64,000 bases of DNA, taken from Geosiphon pyriformis uo1. Lineage: Eukaryota > Fungi > Glomeromycota. Location of the stretch: positions 964,719-1,028,718 of the forward strand of contig JAAOMT010000512.1 in NCBI GenBank assembly GCA_016748015.1, given 5' to 3'. Shown here piece after piece: positions 39,101 through 50,196 of the stretch. The first letter of the stretch is position 1. Each line of letters opens with the position of its first letter. Below the pieces are notes generated by a model. The model saw only the letters and a program-made list of their open reading frames with translations, searched no databases and was not told the origin of the DNA. A program made the position numbers and the translations under genes.

Positions 39101-41560
39101 ATTACTAATTTCAAAAACAATACAGCCTGAAGAAAAATTAATTAACTTGGTCTTAAACTTATTATAAAACAAAATAGTCTTATTTTAATTAACCAAAAAA
39201 AAATTTTAATACTATTTTTACTCACTAAAACTAATTAGTAATTCAAAACAAATATAGCAAAGTTTAATTTATTAAAATGAATAATTATGTATTACTAAAC
39301 ACCAGCAGATTTCAATATAACACAAACAATTTTACCAAAAACACTAAAAGCTGTCTTAATGTCAACAATAGACATATTTAAGGACATATTATATAATATA
39401 ACAACAGCAAAAGAAAAACCAGTCTTAGGAATTACCAAAGATTTAACAATTTTAAGAAAAGACAAGTGAATAAAATTTGTAAGCTTTGCTAAAAAAGCAG
39501 CTTCCAAAAACTCTTAAGAAGCAAACTTTATACAGAAGAGCTTTATATTATCTTTTGATACTGATTTTATACCCAAAAAATCATGTACAGACTGAAAAAC
39601 AGTCTTAATATAAGTTAATTTAATCTTAAAAGTAGTATTAAATATTAAAATAGAGACCATTTACTCAGCAAATCTTTAATAATTAGTAATAGTTTCTTAA
39701 ATATTACCAATGACAGTACCAAAAACTAATAGAGAAAATAATTCAGTTTTTATCAAATTAATTCAGTTTCCATTAAATTAATTCAGTTTTTAAGAACAAA
39801 TAACTTTATAGAAGATAGTTGTTTTGTTTCTAAAACTAACAAAAATCTGTTAAAAAACATTACATTTAGCAATACAATCAGTGGTTGATTTTGGCCTATT
39901 TTAAATAATATGCCAAATAATACAACAGAAATTTTATTTAAAATTTTATTAGGAATCACAAATGAATTAAATATAACAATAACAAAGATAAGTAATTGCT
40001 TTTACTTTTTTGAATTTTTGGTTTTTTTGACTATTTTATTTAAAAAAATAATATTAAAAGCACCAAGTATAAAAGCTATAAAAGAGAAAATTAGTTTATT
40101 AACTAGTCTGTTATTAAAAATTTTTAGGTTTTTTGAAAAAATAAAGACAACACTAGAACTAATTTAAGTATGTTTTTTTAAAAGAACTTTGATTGGTAAA
40201 AGACCAGCCAAAGATGATAATAATGTTTTAGTAGTTACTAAAGACAGCTTTTTATGATTACTAAATAAAAAAAATGCTTTTAAAACGTTTTTTTTAGTCA
40301 TTTTTACAACAAAAAAAGCTTTTTTGATTGAAATTTTATTAGATATCTTAGAAAAAATATTAAGTACAGCTTTTTTACTTTTTGTTTTGGTTATGATTAT
40401 AAAATTAAAAGAACAAAGAGTTTTTTATATTATTTTAAATATTAAAATATAATTTATTTAACTATAAATTATAAAATATTTTTATCATTTTTTCAAGAAT
40501 TTTGGCTTTTATTTTATTAATACAAAAATTTATATTAATTTTTGTTTTATTAATTTCTTTTATTATTGCTTTTTTAATTGTTTTTTTTGTTGTTATTAAT
40601 TCTGTAATTGGTTTTTGTTTGACTTTTTTAAAATTTGAACTGATTATATTGGTTTTATTAATATTTTGGTTATTTTAGTAATTAAATTACTTAATATTTT
40701 TTTGTTTTATATTATAAATTAAAAAATATAATTAAAACTGTTTAAAATAATATATTTGTTTTTAACAAAACTTTAAATAAAGTAAATTATGATAATATTA
40801 AGCTTAAAATTAAATACAAACTTGAAAATAATAATATAATTTTATTTGTTAATATTTAAATATAAATATATATAATTAGTTATTGGTTTTTTAAGAATAT
40901 TAACTTTTTAGTATTAAGTTTAATGTAAATAAAACTGCTAAATAAATAAGTAATATAGTTATAAACAGTAATATTTTGGTTGTATTTATGCATAAAATGT
41001 TTTTTTAAAATAGATTTTTTTTATAAAATTAACACAATTTAATCTAATATTTAATTTATATATAAAAAGTATATGAATAATTTGTTAATTAAATTTTTGT
41101 AAAACACTTTTATTAAGTATATGTATAATATTTTTTAGCTAAAAATATCTTTTTGTTTATATAAGTTATAAATATTCTTTGTTATTATTATTTTTATAAT
41201 AAAATAACATGTAATTTAAATTTTAAAGCATAAATATAAAATATAAAAACCTTTTAAATTAAATTGGTTTAAAATTAATTTGAAAATAAATTTTTTAGAA
41301 GTTTTAAAAGCTTTTTGCTAAAATATATTTCAATAAAATATAGTATTTTTCTTAAAAAGTTAATTTATAAAAAAAAACAAAATTTTATACAAATTTTCAA
41401 TAATTTAAAAAAAATTGTAATTTATTTATATTTATTGATTGCTTAAGCTTTTGCACTTTTTTTTTTTAGCAGAATTAAGAAAAATTCTATCTTTTATAAT
41501 AAAATATTCTAAAAACTAAATTAATAATTATTTAAAGAAAGATTTGACTTCTTTTAGGTT
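36200..41560. mobile_element. Block of extremely AT-rich decayed transposon sequence containing the LINE ORF1 remnant
   Basis: Near absence of CpG and strong depletion of C and G, with a fairly sharp return to ordinary composition near 41600. Confidence 0.6.
38400..40400 (-). mobile_element. Hypermutated non-LTR (LINE-like) retroelement ORF1 remnant (RRM-like domains plus CCHC knuckle)
   Basis: Fragments VVILYNMSLNMSIVDIKTAFSVFGKIVCV (RRM-like) and KTKLINFSSGCIVFEISNMI...FALIIF. At about 38923-38882 the sequence YFRC*KVGH*TINY is C-x2-C-x4-H-x4-C with Cys>Tyr changes and nonsense transitions. Confidence 0.75.
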
Positions 41561-42019
41561 TAAGTAAACAATTATGTTATTTTAATATATATGAAGAAAG
41601 TTTCGATTACTATTTGTTTGAATGAAAAAATTACCAAAAACAGCACTCATTCTCTTATTACATCATTTCATTTAATTTTAAAATTTTTATTTTGAGAATA
41701 TACTCTAAAGTTGTTGTTTTTTTGATATAGCAATCCAAAAAGTATTGTTTTATAAGACAGTAAAAGCATCGAACCAGTAAACAAGATTCGAAATGATCCA
41801 CAATAAGACAGTGTAATATTACTATTGTGAACCAATTGACTGTTAATTTCAACTTTTCTTTTCCACAGGCCAAATTTGAACCGAAATCAGCTGATAAGTG
41901 AGCATGTGATGTTGATCAGTGAGTTGACTTGGTGACGTCGAGTTGAAATTTTTTTTTCATAAACACTCATAAATGCACATAAACACTCACAAACGTGCTT
42001 TGCTTCATTTCACTGCCTT

Positions 42020-42208
42020 CTCATGGCGCATACCTACTTAAATATAACCTGTGTTCCCTGGACTCTTTTGGAAAGTGGTACATAGAAAATAGCCGATTCT
42101 CTGGTGACAAGGCCAAGATCTTGGATTAAACGCGAAAGGAAGTAGAAGCAACAGTCGACAATGCGTATCTTGACGATAAAACACGCAGAAAGGCGGATGA
42201 ACTTAAAG
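42020..42208 (+). pseudogene. Gene fragment (first-exon-like) with an internal stop
   Basis: AYLLKYNLCSLDSFGKWYIENSRFSGDKAKILD*TRKEVEATVDNAYLDDKTRRKADELK followed by a GTTAGT donor. No downstream exon found. Confidence 0.3.
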
Positions 42209-42256
42209 GTTAGTTGTTTACTTTATCTTTTATAGAAATGGTTAATACTTTCCTGA

Positions 42257-42725
42257 GATAGGGTTGTACACAACATAAGTTGGTACAATTTTGAAGAGAC
42301 AGTTTGTCATCTTTTTTGGGCCGCTGCAGCACATCTAGGGGACTATTAGTCAGCCCGGTGTTCGCTGTGGTCCTATGAGCATTGATGAAGTGTCACTTTA
42401 CACCTCCTATGGCACACTTTAGGGGACTATTAGTCAGCTCGGGTGTTCGCCATAGTCTTAGTAAAACCTATTAAAAAGGTCATGCTCAATTGGGATAGGG
42501 TTGTACACCACATAAGTTTGTACAATTTCGAGGATCGTAAGGATGTTGGTCTGTCATATTCTTTGGCCCGCTACAGCACATTTAGGGGACTTTTTGTCAG
42601 CTCGGGTGTTGTATTTTCGTTCGCTGTGGCCCCTATGAGCATTGATGAAATATCACTTTGGACCTCCTAAAAGATTATTCGTCAGCCCAGTGTTCGCCAT
42701 AGCCCTAAGTAAAACCTATTAAATG
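42257..42725. repeat. Hierarchical tandem repeat: two diverged units of about 237 bp, each with two copies of GGGGACTATTAGTCAGCYCGGTGTTCGC-like subrepeats
   Basis: GATAGGGTTGTACAC at 42257 and 42494; subrepeats at about 42336, 42420, 42583 and 42673. Confidence 0.8.
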
Positions 42726-44030
42726 GAAACTTTACAAGTATGTATCTTACAAGTCACCTTTCGATTTATCCCGCCAGTAGCTGTTGTAAAGTTTCCCCCA
42801 CTTAAATTCCAGCTCTCAAACAATTCAACCATATCACTATTATTTCCTCGTTCGATCGGATGAAAGATAACAGGTATTCAGGGCGATGGTTGTATGTGCA
42901 CATGTGTGGCCTCACCAATTACCACCAGGTCATCATCATCCGGTTCAAATTCATCTGATTTTGTTTGTCGCCTCGGGGAATCAAATCCATGATCTGATGT
43001 AAAATCTGATCCTCGGTATGGGCTTTCTTCACCATTTTGCATATTTGGTATACTATACAAGGTTAATGGATGAGGTCTTGTTGAAAAAGTTTGATCAGTT
43101 GTTGGTATTGGGCCACGTGGTGATATGGGTAAATTTCGATTGCGTCAAAGCCAAAGACCGAAAGATATTAAGCTGATAGCTATAGCCGTAACTAGAACTG
43201 AAATAAATACGATTAGTCAGGTTTGCGATCGTGACTTGGATGATACTTGGTCTCGATTCGATGGTTCTCCAGATATACCGATTTCTTGATTCCGAATATT
43301 TGGATCTGCTTCGTCATTTTCTGCGTTCATATCCAGATTGTTTATTTTTGGCAGTTTGAAATCGTTGGAAGGAATATTAGTTATAATTTTGTGCTCTTGA
43401 GTAAAATTACGAAATGTCATATTGAAAACTTGGAGTGTGTCCAGGGTATTGCCACATGCTGGTGACATATCTAGGGATTAATCTAATTGGGGATAACTTT
43501 TTTTTAGGAAATTTATTTATTCAACCGGCCCCGCTTCAAAAAATGGCTGAATTTTCACTTACGAGAAACGCGTCTGATCCTGAAAACTGAGCCAGACCTT
43601 GGTTTCATTCCAGTAAAGGAAATATTTTGCTGTGGCCATATCCACAGGGAAAACATTAACAGGAGGATATCCAGCTTGTCCATTATATACGAGGTTAAAA
43701 ATAAGATTGTTTCTTACACCAGCAGCATCATCTCGAACTCTATATGATAATTTAATATTTGGGGAAACCCATTTTTTTCTTCGATTTAAAGCATATATTT
43801 CACGTGAGATTCCCAAATTTAGCCATATCTAATTTTCCTTTTTTAATAAAAACTCTGTGCAGGCTGAACTCGAACTACTTTATTTCTCAAGCACGCTACT
43901 TTGGGCTTTCACAATCGAAAATCCAGATCAAGATGCAATGGGAAAATTCATTCCTATTAGTCTATACGCTTCTCGGAGCAAAGTCTTTCAAAATCCTAAT
44001 CCTTATAATGTTCGAATTATTCCGAGGCAT
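42720..44030 (-). pseudogene. Spliced single-pass membrane-protein gene disrupted by in-frame TGA codons
   Basis: The exon after the acceptor near 43198 reads VLVTAIAISLISFGLWL*RNRNLPISPRG...IQPSP*IPVIFHP, with TGA at 43147-43145 and 42880-42878. Upstream exon-like ORFs at 43816-43563 and about 43470-43280. Confidence 0.45.
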
Positions 44031-45070
44031 CCCTAAATTGAGGCTATTTTATTAATTTCAAAGCAAATATTTCTCCACAAGGTATTTATTATCACTATTG
44101 GTAGTTTTAGCTGATATTTTAATAAGTTTTCTAAAGAATAAATATATGCTTATCACTTCCTAGGAAGTAAAATTTTAGAATTTTGCAAGTTAGAAACATT
44201 GATTTAATTGGATTATAACAACCCATACAAGGAAAAGAAAATGTATGCTAAAAGTAAAAGGCCAGTCATGACACGATATGTATAAAGTGAATTTTCGATT
44301 AAAAAAATAAATGAATTATAAGAATGTTAGATTATTATGTTTCTCTCAATAGGACTTATAATGAGAGATGACATATATTATGACTTTTTTTGGCCAAATT
44401 TCTTGTGGATTCATAAGAAAATATCTATACCAAAAATAATTTATTTAAATATTGCTACTTATAAAATAAAATTTTAATACTTTTTGTATCTTACATTATT
44501 AACGACATTGATCAAACTTTCATTCTTAAATAATCATATAATTATTTTTTAATTAATGGATACTTGATGGTTGTAATTTATAATATTTTAATTTAATTTT
44601 AACATAATTTCAATTAAATTAAAGTCTTGATTTTTTCATACAACATTCTTGTTTATTAGCTGCTTAAAGTAAAGGTTTGGGACAAAAGTGGATACTTTTT
44701 TCTTGAAACATATTGAATTGTTATTTTAGAAAGATTTTGTTCTATTTTTATTTTGTCCAAGATTTTGCTAATTTTTAGTTAAATTTGATAATAAAATTTT
44801 CAATTAGAAGAAATCAATTTTTAAGTACTTGTTATTTTGATATATTTTGTAAATTTGTGAGCAACCCCATTTTTGAAAAAAGTGATCTCGGTAATAATTT
44901 TAAATTGCTAATGCGTAAAAACAATACTTTTTAAATTAAAACAACATAATAAACAACTATATAAGCAGTATAGTTATTTAATATATATATCAATTCGTTA
45001 AAATTTAATTCAAAATTATAGAATTTAAAAAAAATTTTATGTTTTTTATTCTCCTGTAAATAACATTTAC

Positions 45071-45750
45071 CTGTTTTAAATTGTCATATATTTCTATCAA
45101 TTCCCCTAATGGCTTCATTATATTGTGCATCTTTCATAAAATTATTCTCGACGGCAATAAAATAATCTTTATCAGGTTGATTAAATGTGCTTCCAAAAAC
45201 ATCCACTCTAATAGTTCTCTTATCCATTTCCAAATGACAATATCGTGACGTTACAGAGATATTTTGCCTCAGAATTGGTTCAGTTTCATTGTTTTGATAA
45301 ATAGAAATATTATTATTTGAAAATGCAATTAACTCGAAATAATTAATTATTATTTCTCACGCCCTAAATGGAATTGTTCCGTTAAGAGTAGGTTTTGTAT
45401 AATTGATAAAGAATTTTCATATCCCGTTTCTGTTCAAATCAAAAAATTAATCAAATCAGGCATTCCTTCATTCCATATAACCTTACTAACCTTTTTTTGA
45501 AAAACAAGTTAAATTCTTAGTATATATTGTGACATGGTTCTTGTCTAACGTAGCAGTGCAGAAAGTATTCTTTGATAAGACTGTAAAGAGACGAGGATTC
45601 GACATCGAGACATTCAATGAATCATTCTTGGCTTCATTTTGATCTTTCCTGGTTCTAGTTAATGATCCACCATAAGGCAGGGTCATTATATCAATATCGT
45701 ATTTATCAAAAAATAACTCAATTTATATACATCACTACAACGGGATAGAA
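45071..45750 (-). pseudogene. Remnant of a Glomeromycotina Ig-like (SbsA/Big_5-like) membrane-protein family gene
   Basis: FSNNNISIYQ [frameshift] EPILRQNIS..RYCHLEMDKRTIRVDVFGSTFNQPDKDYFIAVENNFMKD..NEAIRGIDRNI*QFKT. The conserved Trp codon appears as TGA (45086-45084), followed by a GTAAAT donor. Confidence 0.6.
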
Positions 45751-46096
45751 ACACGGATTTAAAAATTTAAAAAAATAAATATAATAAATTATTTTCAAAA
45801 AAATGATATAATTTTAAAGTAAATCTTAGTATTAAGGATAAACAGTGAGTTATGAATAGGTAGAAAAAGAATTTTGAGCTAATTTAAAAATAAAATTTTT
45901 ATTAAAAAGAGCAAAGACGAAATAATTGCATCTTTAATCTTTTATTAATAATTTCAAAAGTGCCAAATAGGTATGAGAAAATAAAAGTATACATTTCTGT
46001 TTTCTAAGTTATTAACCTCAAATTTTTGAACTAAATTCATAAAATTTTGTATTAAATAGCTTATTATTGAAGAAATTAACAATTATGGACCGAAAA

Positions 46097-46179
46097 CCAT
46101 CTGATCTGCAAAGTCAAGTCATTGATGGCTCTCTGTTAGTACTGCGGTAGGAACAACGCCGGAATACAGGGTACCTTAT
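46097..46179 (+). pseudogene. 5'-truncated, mutated 5S rRNA copy
   Basis: CCATCTGATCTGCAAAGTCAAG...GTTAGTACTGCGGTAGGAACAACGCCGGAATACAGGGTAC aligns to the eukaryotic 5S core CCGTCCGATCTSCGAAGTYAAG...TAGTACT...GGGACCAC..GGGAATAC.GGGTGC. It is followed by T-rich sequence, and the 5' arm is missing. Confidence 0.75.
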
Positions 46180-47756
46180 TTTGTCTATCTTATTATTTTT
46201 GTATATAATTTATACTTTTCATTACTAAAATTTGTAACAGTTTAGCCTTGTAATAGTACTTTCTAAAAAAGCCCTTTTCAAAAATTCAAATAAAAATATT
46301 AATGAATTATGTCTTATTGATAATGATGGTTGTTTTATTTTATTTAATATAAAAAAACTTTCAATTAAATAATTTATCTTGAAAACTTATAATTACAAAA
46401 AGTATAAAAAGTATTGATTGAGTATTAAGAATAACTGAATTATATGCCAATTCTTATTTATTTTTTTTGAAAACATCTATATCACTTTTCTTGGTTATTG
46501 AAATATGAAATGTTTAAAAAATTATTTGTTAAATTTTAATTTATTAAAGATTTTATGTAAGAGTTTCTAATTAATATTTTTATAGATTAATAAATTTTTA
46601 ATTTAATACACTTTTCAACATTTTTTTATCTAAATTAAAGATGATTATTACTAGTTTTAATAGCTGATTGATAAATTTATTTAAGAGACTTTTTCGTCTC
46701 ACAATCTAAATGCATAATATATTTTTAAGGTTGTAAATTTTAGCGAGTCGATAAAATCAATTTAATTGAAAATGAATTTTTATCTGTTTCTAGGTCGTTT
46801 ACCTCACTTTATAGATGAGTATTAATGTTAATGAACGCATAGAAAACAAATCCCAAGATTTTAAAAAACTTGGCAATACAATTACTTTAAATGAGCTTTT
46901 CGAGAATTTTATTAGATAGTGTAGGTATTAAGATGATATATTTTTGAAATATAATTAATTTAAAATCTAATATAAAATGTGGTGTATTGGGAATTATTTT
47001 GTAAAATAAACTCTAATAAAACAACAAGTAAAATTCTGTAAAAGAAAGAAAGAAAGAGAGAAAGAAAGAAATTGAATGTATTAATATTCAAGCTCTGGAA
47101 TATGAATAAAACCTCAGAACAGCTGGTTCAAAATTTATAATCTTTTATACCTTGAAATTTAAAAAAATTATCATAATTCATTCTCATTCAAAAATGTAAT
47201 CAACATTAAAATGCATTTATTTCTTCATTGAGTTTAGGTATAAATAAACCTAACCAAATTTATTGTGTTTCTAAATTTCAATATACTTAAATCTTGAACA
47301 ACAAGAGTTTAGAAATTCTTTATTGCAAACTTTTTTGTTCAATATCTTTAATTAAAACGTTTAGCATTTGATGAAAAAATATTTTTTTAATTCGTATCAA
47401 TACTAACTTAATAAAATTAACCATTTACGCAATTTCCAGATCGAATACCTTATAAAATTAATATTTTGCGAATATAGGGTTTAAAAAGATATTATCTCTA
47501 TTCATGCATTAAAAAAATTTATACATTCTGCTTAATATCTAAATTAAATTTCAAACTCAAAAAATTTTTATACTATGAAAATTATTTGGATTTTATGAAA
47601 CCTAATATTAAAATCCGTCACAAAATCGAAATTTTTTTTTCGATAAACACCCAAACCGATTTTCTTTTGGTAGATTCTTAAGAAAATTTTTAAGCTCAAT
47701 ACACAGATATTGATGTGCTTCATATCTACAGATTAAGTTTAAGTGTGTCAATAGGG

Positions 47757-47874
47757 CAAGCACGCAGCCCTCGAGGTAGTCTGTTAGCCAATCACAACCA
47801 CAGACAAACACGCAGCCCCCAAGGTAGTCTGCTGAGCAGATCTCACCAACAAGCACGCAGCCTGCAGGGTAGTC
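47757..47874 (+). repeat. Three imperfect 25-bp repeats (CAARCACGCAGCCYYSRRGGTAGTC) at 48- and 45-bp spacing in a GC-rich island
   Basis: Copies start at 47757, 47805 and 47850; the spacings are multiples of 3. Confidence 0.75.
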
Positions 47875-48512
47875 GGTGTACCCAGGTTGCAATGGCTGCC
47901 CCGAGGTGAAACAGTAGTGAATATATACTTGCCTTAAAAGCTTTTTTCCCATTAAGCAATTTTTACCCAAATTCTGATGCTTCCAAGCGCATCCAGGAAT
48001 TTCATTTATGCCAATCACTTGGACTTTTCCAAAAGTTTGGGTCAAGACTAGAAAGAGAAAGGCCAAAATGTTGAAGTTGCTTTTTATGTTATAAAAAGTT
48101 TGAATAGAAGCTTACTTTAATGTGAAAGATTCCAACTTTTAACTTCCTTCAGATTCCGTTGTAATAACGGCAGGTGTGAACATGGGTTATAAATTTTTAT
48201 TTTTTTACCGATTGACAAATCATTCGATTAAGCATTGTACTAACCGCTACGTGCATTTCGTGAAATTCGTAGTTAAAGATATAATTTACTTGAAATTTTA
48301 AAAAAATTAGGTTCATTTTATTTAAAAGACGCAAGTTTTTAAAATAATCCTACAAGGATTCCTCTTAGCTTGGAACTTCCAAAAGTAAATATTGAGGTGT
48401 TTTACATTCTTAAAATTCTCTCAAAAACACTTAATACATTTGAAACTTTCCTAATGAATAAAAAATCCATAACTATACACATTCAAGCTTGAAAAATTCT
48501 AATTCTAAATTT

Positions 48513-49146
48513 TTACTCCGATTTTTCAATATCATCTTTTGTTGCATCATCCTCATCATCATCAACTTTTGTTGCATCATCATTGACTTTTCGTGCCGCT
48601 TGCAAAAAAAGTATGAATGAGGAAATCAATCCAGCAAGAAACAATGCCGAACGGGTATAAGCTACCCCATTTCTTACTCCTGTCATGTAGCTCAAGTTAT
48701 AAAGAATACGAGATGCAATAAAAATCTTGGACCATTTGTTCAGAGTCTTTCGCGGGACCCCTGTCCAATTTGCAACAAGCTGCGGAGTAAACAATCAAAA
48801 AAAAATGGAGCAAAAAGAAAATTGTTTTAAGATTCAAGTATCAGAAAATCCAAAAAAAAAACCAATCTTTCTATCAACTCACAACAGCTGTTGCAAAAAT
48901 CGGAAAAGACTCCAATCCATTATAATGAGCCGCATCACATCGTTTCGCCATTTCGAACGCGCTTTTTGTCATTTTCCTTTCACACTTCTCGAGATTTGTG
49001 CGTGGACTGAGGTGGTTCCATTCGCCTGTTTGATTGAGAATTGTTAAAATTTTAATCAAATAAGGAAAATATGGCAAGAGAGCTGCAGCTGGAAGAGCGT
49101 AAAGAGAAAAATTCTTAGTTGTGCTAGCATTTGTGTTGATAGACAT
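48513..49146 (-). CDS. MAPEG-family membrane protein, about 176 aa
   Basis: Exons 49146-48883 and 48779-48513. NFSLYALPAA, WNHLSPR, AKRCDAAHYNGLESFPIFATAVLVA, SRILYNLSY, RSALF; acidic C-terminal tail. Confidence 0.9.
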
Positions 49147-49639
49147 TTCGAGGGATGGTTACTGTTCCTTTAGAAGATTTTTTTGAGAATTGAAAAAGGA
49201 ACAAAGATTTAACAGAGAGAATAAAAAAATTGGTTGTCAAATACGAACAAAAAGAAAAAAATAAGTGAATTAAATCCTTAAATTAAACATCAATTGTTTA
49301 ATCTTTAAAATTCTTGACCATTGATGTTTTAACTAGGAAGCTTTTTTTTTCATATGGTAGTCAGAGATAAAATCGCCAGCAGATTTTCCATTCCCAGATT
49401 TACAGTTGCTCAGAAGAAATTGAACATGAAAAAAAAATGGCGAGATTCAAATATCTTGCCATTGAAGAATCATACATGGCCAAAAGTAAATAAAATACAT
49501 TTGTTAAATAGCAAATATCTTTAAAAAATTTTACCCCGTTCAGTGTATTGTGACCAATTTGGAAAAGAATATTTAAAGGCAAGTTGCTCCTCCTAAGTAA
49601 ATTTCAGAAGCTACTGAAAATATTACCAAACTAAGACTA

Positions 49640-50196
49640 ACGATCTATATTTCCACCTTTTTGGCATTGAATCAATTAACCTTCAAATCAATTTCGATTC
49701 TATTCCAGGCAATTTGTAACTTTCCCATAGCTCATCTTTACTAGAAAGTGGACCAGGAAGTCTTCGCGTACGCATATCTACTTCATTCCATTGGGTTTAA
49801 TTCAGGAGACTGATATCGCCAATCGAGTAATGCGATCTCATTTTTGCGGAACCAATTCCTTGCTTTTTTGGAAGTGTCTCGGATCATTATCTTACCGGAA
49901 AAAAATTTGTCCTTATCGAACATCGTCTCCCAAAGTGAATCTACAGATTTTTATTCAATATATTGACGTAATAATCTCCATTCCAGATGTTATCAGTCGG
50001 ACGGCATTCCTTTGATAACAATCCCGAAAGAGTACGTGGACGACCAGGTTTTGCTTTGTCATTGAAGCTTCTGGTTTTTTCATTTTTGCAGATGTTTAGA
50101 ACTGAAACTGGGGCTACCTGCTCTGATGCAGTAATTTCGATCTTTCTCGCAGTAGATATATGTTGGGGAGCGTTTTTCTTGTGAAATCTGAGGCAT
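49640..50196 (-). mobile_element. Internally deleted, frameshifted Tc1/mariner transposase remnant
   Basis: Across frames: MPQISQEKR..., KTRSFNDKAKPGRPRTLS, NGDYYVNILNKNL, *DNDPRH, KKARNWFRKNEIALLDWRYQSPELNPME, SSKDELW, LIDSMPKR. These correspond to the Tc1 QDNDPKH and SPDLNPIE catalytic motifs. Confidence 0.8.

Noticed and set aside
38405-40167. Several 60-85 aa ORFs as independent genes
   Set aside because: They are pieces or antisense shadows of the mutated retroelement ORF1.
43145-45086. Alternative genetic code (TGA=Trp) suggesting mitochondrial or Mollicutes-endosymbiont DNA
   Set aside because: The fragments have spliceosomal introns, and some have frameshifts. TGA is the normal stop in neighbouring genes, so transitions explain these codons.
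47757-47874. CRISPR-like repeat-spacer appearance
   Set aside because: Only three degenerate repeats with 20-23 bp spacers in codon-multiple spacing, in a eukaryotic context with no cas genes.
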